From the IMG/VR virus record IMGVR_UViG_3300006805_000023: a stretch of DNA of 64,000 bases, one strand, 5' to 3'. Origin of the DNA: a virus (taxonomy: Duplodnaviria > Caudoviricetes). The notes under the pieces were generated by a model. The model saw nothing but the letters and a program-made list of their open reading frames with translations. It ran no database searches and had not been told where the DNA came from. The position numbers and the translations under genes were made by a program. Of the stretch, positions 1-6,997 are shown piece by piece. The first letter of the stretch is position 1. Each line of letters opens with the position of its first letter.

Positions 1-161
1 TAGTCAGGGATGACCCTGAGCCAACCACGGCAGCAGGTCTGGACGTCGGGGCGTCCGTCATACATCTTGACGGTGATTTCCTCCCACATCGCCGGAGCCG
101 TGGGGCATTGTTTGCTGGTCCAGTCCAGGTAGTCTTGGAATTCGGGCTTGGTTTGAAACAT
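1..161 (-). CDS. Hypothetical protein, partial (runs off window start); paralog of 185..631
   Basis: Read manually: ATG at 161, MFQTKPEFQDYLDWTSKQCPTAPAMWEEITVKMYDGRPDVQTCCRGWLRVIPD, aligns with MFKHETEFQAYL...PAMWECIT...YCRGWFKAV. Confidence 0.7.
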   Translation of the reverse strand, partial: MFQTKPEFQDYLDWTSKQCPTAPAMWEEITVKMYDGRPDVQTCCRGWLRVIPD

Positions 162-184
162 GGCGAGTTAGGCGGCGAGTGTGG

Positions 185-631
185 TTAAGAGGCGTAAGCG
201 AGGCAACGGTCGAGGTGGGCATCTTCAATGAAGGAGAGGGCGTTTGCAGTATCGTTCTCGATCCGGTCGAGGCTGACGCTGGCAATCGTATGCTTGCGGG
301 TGATCCGGGTCAAGGGGACGATTCCACCGCCGTTGAGCTCAATGTGGGTGGCTTCCTCGCGGGTGCAGAACTGGACGCGGACCTGACGCTTTTCGAAGCG
401 CTCGGCGTAGGTTGCGATGATGCCGCGTGAAAGGGCGTTGTCCCGTCCGAAGTGCTTCTCAAACAACGGGGCGTCGGACACCGCTTTGAACCAGCCACGG
501 CAGTAGGTGGGCTCGTCGCGCTTGCTGTGCGGGTTGGCATACGTGATGCACTCCCACATCGCAGGAATCTCCGGCATGTGAGCTTTGATGCGGGCCAGAT
601 AAGCCTGGAATTCGGTTTCGTGTTTAAACAT
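185..631 (-). CDS. Hypothetical protein
   Basis: ORF 185..664 trimmed to ATG 631 (MFKHETEF), which matches the paralog start and overlaps the upstream stop. Confidence 0.75.
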   Translation of the reverse strand: MFKHETEFQAYLARIKAHMPEIPAMWECITYANPHSKRDEPTYCRGWFKAVSDAPLFEKHFGRDNALSRGIIATYAERFEKRQVRVQFCTREEATHIELNGGGIVPLTRITRKHTIASVSLDRIENDTANALSFIEDAHLDRCLAYAS

Positions 632-812
632 GAGCGGGTTGTTGGTTGAGGCGGGATGCAGCACTGCGGATCAGCACCATGGCCAGCTCGGCGATGGCGT
701 TTTCCTTGGTGCCAAACTCGGCGATCGCCGTGACGCGTTTGTCTTCCGGCATTGCGTTCCAGATGCGGATTGCGTGAGGGGTGGCGGCAGCGGCGATTTC
801 GGTGGGAGTCAT
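624..812 (-). CDS. Hypothetical protein (62 aa), leaderless
   Basis: ATG lies 6 nt after a TTGACA-N17-TAGGTT promoter. Confidence 0.75.
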   Translation of the reverse strand: MTPTEIAAAATPHAIRIWNAMPEDKRVTAIAEFGTKENAIAELAMVLIRSAASRLNQQPAHV

Positions 813-818
813 GTTGGG

Positions 819-847
819 AACCTAACACAGGTTTTAGCGCTTGTCAA
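819..847 (-). promoter_or_regulatory. Class-1 sigma70-type promoter TTGACA-N17-TAGGTT
   Basis: Reverse strand TTGACA agcgctaaaacctgtgt TAGGTT cccaac ATG. Confidence 0.85.
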
Positions 848-853
848 GTCCCC

Positions 854-1237
854 TCAGCTTTCCCAAATCAGGACTGGCTTGGGCTCGATCTTTGCCAGTT
901 GCTCGAAAGCAACCTCCAGGGCTGAGAGCTTGGTGAGTCGCTCAGGAGAGTACCACGTGCAGCCTTTGGCAAGGTCCTCACCGTCAACCTCCACACCGAC
1001 CTCCCCAACGTTCGTGATGTACCCGACCTTGCCACGCTTGCCTGGGTGGCGGCGGTCGCGGTCGCTGATTTTCACACGGTCATCGACCGCGAGGGGTTCA
1101 CGCTGCTTGGGTTGCGAGGAGGGGACAAGTTCATACTCGGTGAGGTAGATGGTTGTGATTTCGAGGTCGATGGTGGAAGCATAACCTTGTGCTCCCTTAT
1201 AAGATGCCACCAGAAGATCCTCCTTATAAGACGCCAC
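854..1237 (-). CDS. Hypothetical protein with KOW/SH3-like segment
   Basis: LAVDDRVKISDRDRRHPGKRGKVGYI resembles a KOW/SH3 barrel; start uncertain. Confidence 0.55.
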   Translation of the reverse strand: MASYKEDLLVASYKGAQGYASTIDLEITTIYLTEYELVPSSQPKQREPLAVDDRVKISDRDRRHPGKRGKVGYITNVGEVGVEVDGEDLAKGCTWYSPERLTKLSALEVAFEQLAKIEPKPVLIWES

Positions 1238-1572
1238 CCTTTGATCCAGGCACCTACGCAGCTAAGACCTTTGCTTGGTGGTCTTGGCATCCGGCCAACC
1301 TGCAGCATCTGGCGAGTGGCTGGCGCAGGACTTGTTGGGAAGCTCCCACTGAAGAGCGCGCCATGGACTTGATCCCGAACCTTCAGGGGAACGAGCACTG
1401 CAAGCTGATCGCCGAGGGCTTTGGTGATCTGGTCGAGGTTTACGACCTCCCACCGCGTAACCCAGGGCAATGGCTCGAATACCGTGACACTCTGGCAGCC
1501 ACCAAGAAGGCCGCACTCGCCAGAGCCGAACTCGGAATCAAGGAACTTGACAAACGCCAAGTCCTACCATAA
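1204..1572 (+). CDS. Hypothetical protein (start 1204 or 1363)
   Basis: ORF 1189..1572; ends inside the next promoter; start uncertain. Confidence 0.5.
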   Translation: MPPEDPPYKTPPFDPGTYAAKTFAWWSWHPANLQHLASGWRRTCWEAPTEERAMDLIPNLQGNEHCKLIAEGFGDLVEVYDLPPRNPGQWLEYRDTLAATKKAALARAELGIKELDKRQVLP

Positions 1573-1575
1573 GTT
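1547..1575 (+). promoter_or_regulatory. Class-1 promoter TTGACA-N17-TAAGTT
   Basis: TTGACA aacgccaagtcctacca TAAGTT tccag ATG(1581). Confidence 0.85.
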
Positions 1576-1580
1576 TCCAG

Positions 1581-2468
1581 ATGAACCCGCCCACTGACCC
1601 CGCTGTTGTCCAGGAACTTATCCTGGCTTGTGCCAACCTGCTTGATTACGCCGAAATGCGAGTCGCCCACGATGGTTCGATGACGGTCGATGACATCATG
1701 TGGCGTCTGAAAAACGTCATCCCGAAGACCGGCAAAATCATGAAGGCCCACCACATCGGCTGCAACCAGACGACCCGCGAGGTAGACCTCTACCGGATTC
1801 GCGCCCTGCTGGCACGCATCGCCCCACCTGAGACGACCAAGATTGAGTTCCGGGGCAAAGCCAAGGACATTGGGGCCTGGGCTGAAATCATGCGGGAGGA
1901 GCTTGGAGTGCACCATGAGACAGTCGTTGTCACCGGCCCTGATGAAGAGACTATCACCTACAACATCGCCTTCGACCAGTGGGGGAAGGTGCACGCCAAG
2001 CACTGGAATCGCCCGTATGCTACTGGGCTGTCTGGAATCCGCTGTTGGAAAGACATCTTGTCGTTTACCTTCCCGAACGGCAACGGGGTCGGCCAATACA
2101 TCAAACCTGACTACCGGACCTGGAGTGACATCATGCAGGGAGGCCCAAAGCTGGCCGACATCCCGTGCACCATTGAGATCGTGATTTGGGATAAACCACG
2201 GTCGCTCATGTGGTGGTCGGACTTCCTGCGCGCTAAGAAGCTGACCCTTGAGATCATCGCGAAGGACGGCAAGCCCAGCTCAGTCATCAAGTGCCAGCTC
2301 ACTTATCGGAAGTGGAAGGAGATCTACGACGAGATCTGGGACAAACCCTTCCCAGAGACGGAGTACACGTGGGGCCAGTGCACCAACGGCTTCTCATTCC
2401 CGGACTTCCCACGCGGCATCCACCCAGCCGGTGGAGGCTCCATCAAGGCTCCGCTACTTGACAAGTGA
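1581..2468 (+). CDS. Hypothetical protein (295 aa)
   Basis: Long ORF with normal composition, 5 nt after a class-1 promoter. Confidence 0.85.
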   Translation: MNPPTDPAVVQELILACANLLDYAEMRVAHDGSMTVDDIMWRLKNVIPKTGKIMKAHHIGCNQTTREVDLYRIRALLARIAPPETTKIEFRGKAKDIGAWAEIMREELGVHHETVVVTGPDEETITYNIAFDQWGKVHAKHWNRPYATGLSGIRCWKDILSFTFPNGNGVGQYIKPDYRTWSDIMQGGPKLADIPCTIEIVIWDKPRSLMWWSDFLRAKKLTLEIIAKDGKPSSVIKCQLTYRKWKEIYDEIWDKPFPETEYTWGQCTNGFSFPDFPRGIHPAGGGSIKAPLLDK

Positions 2469-2486
2469 CAAGAGCTGTGCTAAGTT
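2458..2486 (+). promoter_or_regulatory. Class-1 promoter TTGACA-N17-TAAGTT
   Basis: TTGACA agtgacaagagctgtgc TAAGTT cccca ATG(2492). Confidence 0.85.
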
Positions 2487-2491
2487 CCCCA

Positions 2492-3076
2492 ATGAGCAAC
2501 ATCATCCCCTTCGTCCTCCCCGTCGTCGCAACCGCCCCTAAGACCGTCGTCACCCTCGCCGGACCAAAGCGGTTCCACACGCCCCAAGAGATCCGCGACA
2601 TCCTGAAGGCCGCCGGAGCCAACGCCTCCAAGGTCTCGGTCAAGGTCAACAGCTCTGCCAACTACATCACCGTGACAGTGCGCGATCACAAGGTCCTCCC
2701 TTTGGTCGAGAAGATCGCAGCTGACCTGGACTCCTGGAAGTCTGATATGGGCGACTGCGCATCGGGTCAGGCGGTCAACGTTGAGCTCTCCCACGCAGCC
2801 AAGGAGGCAATGGCCGCCCCGTTCATGGACGTCATCAACTACGTGGCGTCCCATGCGATCCCAGTGATGGGCCAGGGCCAGGAGATCGCGCCTGATATCC
2901 TGATCTGGCACAACACTCAGGGCCTTTGGCTCGAAACCCGCTCCGGCGTGCGTCGTTCTTACATCTGGACCAGAAACGTCGTAGCACAGGAGCCGTCGGC
3001 CCTCGCCAAGCTGGCGCTCGATCTGGCCAGCCTCACCAACGTCGTCGAAACCGAAAAAGCCACTAAAGCAGCATGA
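2492..3076 (+). CDS. Hypothetical protein
   Basis: ORF 2465..3076 trimmed to the promoter-proximal ATG (MSNIIPF). Confidence 0.8.
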   Translation: MSNIIPFVLPVVATAPKTVVTLAGPKRFHTPQEIRDILKAAGANASKVSVKVNSSANYITVTVRDHKVLPLVEKIAADLDSWKSDMGDCASGQAVNVELSHAAKEAMAAPFMDVINYVASHAIPVMGQGQEIAPDILIWHNTQGLWLETRSGVRRSYIWTRNVVAQEPSALAKLALDLASLTNVVETEKATKAA

Positions 3077-3270
3077 GACAAGAAAAACAGATCACCGCAG
3101 AAACCCGGCTGATCCGCCTTAGCTGGTGGCTCAGAAGGCAACCGCTCGACCCGCAGTTCAACGTAAAGATGGAGGCAGCCGAGGCCTTCAAAAAGCGCCT
3201 TGCCGCCTGGGTTTCGAGTGAAAACGCTGGTGAGGTAGCCCCAACGTTCCACCAAGCCACAACCGTATGA
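3073..3270 (+). CDS. Hypothetical protein (65 aa)
   Basis: ATGA overlaps on both sides. Confidence 0.7.
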   Translation: MRQEKQITAETRLIRLSWWLRRQPLDPQFNVKMEAAEAFKKRLAAWVSSENAGEVAPTFHQATTV

Positions 3271-3695
3271 TGCCACGCACCCAAGTCAAACTAGGAACCG
3301 TCAAACCGGGATGCCGCGTCTTTGTCTCCGAGGACAACGAGACGGCTGCCTTTATCCGCTCCACCACGCCACTGGAGGACACTATGTGGGACGAGGATGA
3401 TGAGGTCTGGATCGAGACCGCGACCGACCCTCGCCTGCTGATCACCGTTTACTGCAAGCACGTCGATCCCTCAGTGCGCTTCAACGGGGACGCCATCAAC
3501 ATCGTCAACCCGACGTCCATGCTGTTCAAGATCTTCAAGATGACGCCGTATCCGGAGCCCAAGAAGAAGGTCGATAACCTGTTGATCTACGGGACGGTCT
3601 GGCTGCAGAACCTGGAAGAGAAACGGTTCCTGATCCTCGACGCTGGTGCAGCCCGTGACGTCTATTTGTCCGATTTGATGCCTTACACTCAGTGA
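3267..3695 (+). CDS. Hypothetical protein (142 aa)
   Basis: ATGA-coupled ORF. Confidence 0.75.
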   Translation: MMPRTQVKLGTVKPGCRVFVSEDNETAAFIRSTTPLEDTMWDEDDEVWIETATDPRLLITVYCKHVDPSVRFNGDAINIVNPTSMLFKIFKMTPYPEPKKKVDNLLIYGTVWLQNLEEKRFLILDAGAARDVYLSDLMPYTQ

Positions 3696-3701
3696 GTTCT
3701 T

Positions 3702-3989
3702 ATGGAAATGAGAGTACGATCCAGGTCCAAGATAGTTTACGACGCCATCACGTTTGACGAACTGGTCGAACACGGCAGAAAATCCGGTGCCTCGCTGACA
3801 CGTGGGATGCCGTGGTCGTTCACTTACAAGGGGGCCAGCGTGACCCACGAGACCGACACCTGCTACATCGTAGCCGGGGTGAAGTTCCATCAGGGCGACG
3901 TTCTGGTCAGCGACCTGGGTGACGTTGATATGACCCCAGCGGTGTTCAGCCGTAGTGATTTTGAAGCCAGCTACGAGCCCTGCCTATGA
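3702..3989 (+). CDS. Conserved small phage protein (FHQGDVL...FEASYE type)
   Basis: C-terminus resembles a widespread phage family of unknown function. Confidence 0.7.
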   Translation: MEMRVRSRSKIVYDAITFDELVEHGRKSGASLTRGMPWSFTYKGASVTHETDTCYIVAGVKFHQGDVLVSDLGDVDMTPAVFSRSDFEASYEPCL

Positions 3990-4261
3990 AAGACCGCCCC
4001 TTCTACTACGTTAACCGAGATGTTACCTTAGCCTCGACAGCCGAGTCGATCCTGGAGGATGCGCCCTCTGACGGGCTCGTGATCCGCAAGGACGAAAAGA
4101 TCAACATCCTCGACAGGAAGGAGCTGGAGGACGGCTTGGTCGCCAGGAAGGTCAGGGCCGAGAACCCGCCACGCCTAGGCTGGATGACCGCTGACCACAT
4201 CGACATCGGCGACCAGTGGCGTGACAGCCGCTACGACGGTCGTTACAACTCAGCCCTTTGA
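3986..4261 (+). CDS. Hypothetical protein (91 aa), possible SH3-like
   Basis: ATGA-coupled; LVIRKDEKINILD...LGWMTADHI is SH3-like. Confidence 0.65.
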   Translation: MKDRPFYYVNRDVTLASTAESILEDAPSDGLVIRKDEKINILDRKELEDGLVARKVRAENPPRLGWMTADHIDIGDQWRDSRYDGRYNSAL

Positions 4262-4501
4262 GGGGCCGAACATCGGCGGAAGCGGTTGCTCAGGCGCGAT
4301 CTTGTACCACCTTTCAAGGTCCAACTGAGCCCCTTCGCTCCAACGGACCTTGAGCTTACGAGCGTTGGCAACGACCGGCGTGGACACGATCTCAAGATCA
4401 ACGCTGGTGCTAGGATACCAGATAGCGTGTGTCTCTGGCTTGACGACTTTGGGAGCGAAGATGGCTCCGAACATGGTGGCGAGGAATCCGCGTCGTTTCA
4501 T
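4250..4501 (-). CDS. Twin-arginine-leader protein carrying a T4 gp23-type major capsid fragment (AxARKLKxxWS)
   Basis: MKRRGFLATMFGAIFAP leader; VDLEIVSTPVVANARKLKVRWSEGAQLDL resembles T4 gp23 FRIDKQVIEAKSRQLKAAYSIELAQDL. Confidence 0.75.
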   Translation of the reverse strand: MKRRGFLATMFGAIFAPKVVKPETHAIWYPSTSVDLEIVSTPVVANARKLKVRWSEGAQLDLERWYKIAPEQPLPPMFGPSKG

Positions 4502-4614
4502 TTGTCTTTGATGGTGTCCAGGATTGCGTTGATCTCGCAGATGCAGGTCGTGGCTCCACAGCGGCAGCGTGCTGGTGGGAGGAGCCAGTCGAAGAGGCGC
4601 TTTAGCAGTTTCAT
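4498..4614 (-). CDS. 38-aa Cys-rich microprotein (not in ORF track)
   Basis: Read manually: MKLLKRLFDWLLPPARCRCGATTCICEINAILDTIKDK; ATGA overlaps at both ends. Confidence 0.7.
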   Translation of the reverse strand: MKLLKRLFDWLLPPARCRCGATTCICEINAILDTIKDK

Positions 4615-4895
4615 AAAGTGATCTTCCAGCGTGATGGTGTGCTGGCTGTGCAGAAAGGGATCTCGACGCGCCTCCTAGGTGAGGACGTGCTGACGAAGTT
4701 CATGTGGAAGATCAGACCAGTCGGACCGTCCATCGGCTGGACCTTAACGAGTTCACTGGCGAGCAGGTCTGGGTGAATCCGTCGGATCAGCGCGATCGGG
4801 AACTCCAGGAGCTTTGGCTTCGGGGTGGACAGCCGGACGACTGCCGGAGCCAGGACGGCACCGAGCAGCGTAGTAAGGAAACCGCGTCTTCTCAT
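4611..4895 (-). CDS. Twin-arginine-leader protein carrying a T4 gp23-type capsid fragment (Gol-equivalent region)
   Basis: MRRRGFLTTLLGAVLAP leader (ATG 4895; TTG 4913 alternative); IALIRRIHPDLLASELVKVQPMDGPTGLIF resembles gp23 VMGMVRRAIPNLIAFDICGVQPMNSPTGQVF. Confidence 0.8.
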   Translation of the reverse strand: MRRRGFLTTLLGAVLAPAVVRLSTPKPKLLEFPIALIRRIHPDLLASELVKVQPMDGPTGLIFHMNFVSTSSPRRRVEIPFCTASTPSRWKITL

Positions 4896-4909
4896 CCCTG
4901 GAAGAAAGC

Positions 4910-5245
4910 TCAACCGAAGTTGTCTTCCAGGTAGGTTGAAAGACCAGCCCTAGCCTCGATGGCGTCCTCGTCCTGGGAGGCGATCGAGGCCGCTCCGTCG
5001 GCCCCGTAGCCCTTGCGCCGTGCGGTCCTGGAGGCAAAGCCCCACATCACGTCGCGCAGGTCCTGGGGAGTTGGGGCTAGGGCCAGCTTGCGGATGTCTC
5101 TTTGTGGCCACTGGCCCTCCTTGAAGTACTCGATAGCAGCCTTGCGCATCTTCTCGAAATCGGACTTCGTGTCCGTGGGCTGAGGAGCCGGGTCTTCTCC
5201 AGCCAGGAGGGTTTCAACGAGGGCGTCGGGTGTCTGTGGTCTCAT
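4910..5245 (-). CDS. Hypothetical protein, possible internal head protein
   Basis: N-terminal DALVETLLAGE; TAATTAT motif 9 nt upstream. Confidence 0.7.
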   Translation of the reverse strand: MRPQTPDALVETLLAGEDPAPQPTDTKSDFEKMRKAAIEYFKEGQWPQRDIRKLALAPTPQDLRDVMWGFASRTARRKGYGADGAASIASQDEDAIEARAGLSTYLEDNFG

Positions 5246-5258
5246 GAGTGTTCAATAA

Positions 5259-5531
5259 TTAACGGTAAGCTCTGCGGTGGGCTTCGGCCATCCTGCCTCC
5301 GGCGTGGATCGCGGCAAGGTGAGGCGGGAGAGGGTAGGCGGGGACGTAGCTGGGGCACTCTGACCCGGCCATAGGCTCTTGACCGGGGCGCATCGAGGTG
5401 CCGCACTGGAAGAACATAAACGACCACACCAAATCCCGACCGCACCAATCAGGAACCAGTCTGGACTCGCGCTTCACGCCAGCCTTGCAGTAAGGGCAGC
5501 GCTTCGGTGTGGCTGGCTTGCGTGGGGTCAT
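5259..5531 (-). CDS. Small Cys-rich (CxxC) protein
   Basis: CPYC...C...C...C; ATGA-coupled to the upstream gene. Confidence 0.65.
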   Translation of the reverse strand: MTPRKPATPKRCPYCKAGVKRESRLVPDWCGRDLVWSFMFFQCGTSMRPGQEPMAGSECPSYVPAYPLPPHLAAIHAGGRMAEAHRRAYR

Positions 5532-5842
5532 CCTTCGTCGTCCTCCACTTCTGGGTCGAGCCAGCTGCCAAAGCGCATGTAAAAGGCAGCCCTGCCTTGG
5601 GCGGTCAGCTTCCCGAAGGCCTCTTTGATGGCTTTGCGATAACCGGCGTTCCAGACGGACGGGCTGTGGTCCACGTCGGCCCGGTTGACCCGGACGTCGG
5701 CACCCTGCTCGTTGAGCCAGCGTAGCATGTCGGGCAGCTCGTCGGTGGCGCGAGCCCAGGAGGAGGTGTCGAGCGGGAAGCGTGCCAGGAAGGCATCAAC
5801 GAGGTCGGAGATCTGTTGTTCGGTGAGGGAGTCGGTCTTCAT
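5528..5842 (-). CDS. Hypothetical protein (104 aa)
   Basis: Operon-like spacing, normal composition. Confidence 0.7.
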   Translation of the reverse strand: MKTDSLTEQQISDLVDAFLARFPLDTSSWARATDELPDMLRWLNEQGADVRVNRADVDHSPSVWNAGYRKAIKEAFGKLTAQGRAAFYMRFGSWLDPEVEDDEG

Positions 5843-5845
5843 GGC

Positions 5846-6136
5846 TTAGAGGGAGAAGGTTTGTGGGGCGAGGGTGGTGCGGGTCTGGGTCTCAGAGTCC
5901 CAAGTCGTGAGGGTGACGACCAGCTTGACTGCGCCACGGAAGTAATCACGGCGGATCATGCCCTGCGCCTTGCGGGCGTAGCCGTCGAGGTTGGATTTGA
6001 CGGTCTGGCCGTAGCTGGCTGCTCCGCCGGTGAGGCCGAGACTTTTGCCGGAGGCGTCCTGACAATCGACCTTGCAGTCGGAGCAGCGGACCTTGGAGTT
6101 GAGAACGGCAGGGGCTAGAGTGTAGGAGGTGGTCAT
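5846..6136 (-). CDS. Hypothetical protein, leaderless
   Basis: ORF 5846..6151 trimmed to ATG 6136, 5 nt after a class-1 promoter. Confidence 0.75.
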   Translation of the reverse strand: MTTSYTLAPAVLNSKVRCSDCKVDCQDASGKSLGLTGGAASYGQTVKSNLDGYARKAQGMIRRDYFRGAVKLVVTLTTWDSETQTRTTLAPQTFSL

Positions 6137-6141
6137 ATAGG

Positions 6142-6170
6142 AACGTAACACAGATCCTGACGTTTGTCAA
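6142..6170 (-). promoter_or_regulatory. Class-1 promoter TTGACA-N17-TACGTT
   Basis: Reverse strand TTGACA aacgtcaggatctgtgt TACGTT cctat ATG. Confidence 0.85.
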
Positions 6171-6186
6171 GTCCTCCTAGCTTCAG

Positions 6187-6193
6187 TAGTTAT
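6187..6193 (+). promoter_or_regulatory. Class-2 (putative late) motif TAGTTAT
   Basis: TAGTTAT cgac GTG(6198); the same TAGnTATCGAC context occurs at 30547-30557 and 53559-53569. Confidence 0.65.
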
Positions 6194-6197
6194 CGAC

Positions 6198-6536
6198 GTG
6201 ATCTCAGTCAAAAACGCTCTCTCATCCGCTCTGTTGGAAGCTTCCGGAAAACCCACACGGGACGAGGTCAAGGACTTCATCCTTAAGCAGACCGGCGTGT
6301 CCCTGGAGGCGTGCGACCAGCTTAAGCCATCAAGGAGGTACTACAACTTCAAGCTGAAGGACAGGGCTTCAGAGAGCGGAGAGCTTGATGTGATCCTCAG
6401 GTTTCTGCCGAGGCAGACTCTGATCAAGAAGGTTGAGCCCAACGTTACGGACGACCGCCCAGTCTTTGGTAGCGCTCGTCCTCCCTGGAACCAGAGCCAT
6501 AAAGCCAATCTGCTTCTTGGTCTCGTCCTCCCATAG
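6198..6536 (+). CDS. Hypothetical protein with MxSVxxALSxxLxE N-terminus
   Basis: GTG start after a class-2 motif; N-terminus shared with 6369..6809. Confidence 0.65.
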   Translation: MISVKNALSSALLEASGKPTRDEVKDFILKQTGVSLEACDQLKPSRRYYNFKLKDRASESGELDVILRFLPRQTLIKKVEPNVTDDRPVFGSARPPWNQSHKANLLLGLVLP

Positions 6537-6809
6537 GTGAAGAGCCGTCAGGCGCTCCGGGTCGTTCACCGAGATCGAGAATCCGCCCTGGCTCCACGCG
6601 ATGTTGCGTCCGGCCTCGTCTTTTTGAGGAGCCCGTTCACCCAGGAACGACCGGAACCGAGCCATCAAGGCGTCGTATACAGGATTCCGCAAGGGGCCTT
6701 TAGCAGTGTTCGGATGAACGCTATTCGCCCGAACGGTGTTCGCCTGCGTGTCTCCCCCTCCCCCTATTTCGGTTAAGGTCCGGCTTAGTGCCTGGGTTAC
6801 GCTGGTCAT
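6369..6809 (-). CDS. Hypothetical protein with MxSVxxALSxxLxE N-terminus
   Basis: ATG 4 nt after TAGGTGT (6814-6820, minus strand); N-terminus shared with 6198..6536. Confidence 0.65.
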   Translation of the reverse strand: MTSVTQALSRTLTEIGGGGDTQANTVRANSVHPNTAKGPLRNPVYDALMARFRSFLGERAPQKDEAGRNIAWSQGGFSISVNDPERLTALHLWEDETKKQIGFMALVPGRTSATKDWAVVRNVGLNLLDQSLPRQKPEDHIKLSAL

Positions 6810-6909
6810 CTCTACACCTACTCGGTCGAATGAGAGCCCGCAAGTCCAGGGCTTTGATGAGGTGGCGCTGTCCGAGCCATGAGGGAGGAATTGACGAGCA
6901 ATAACGGCA

Positions 6910-6944
6910 GTTGACTCAGAGGGGCGGGTGTGTTGACTCAGAGG
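6910..6944 (+). repeat. 13-bp direct repeat GTTGACTCAGAGG x2, 22-bp period
   Basis: Copies at 6910-6922 and 6932-6944 in an intergenic gap. Confidence 0.85.
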
Positions 6945-6959
6945 CTTTTAGGGTGTGGA

Positions 6960-6988
6960 TTGACGGGGCGTCCTGTTGGCCCTACCGT
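6960..6988 (+). promoter_or_regulatory. Class-1 promoter TTGACG-N17-TACCGT
   Basis: 9 nt before ATG 6998. Confidence 0.6.
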
Positions 6989-6997
6989 AGAGCCCTT

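Noticed and set aside
4250-4895. Capsid fragments as a decayed major capsid pseudogene
   Set aside because: Each fragment has its own intact, paralogous leader, and the ORFs are ATGA-coupled with no other capsid remnants between them.
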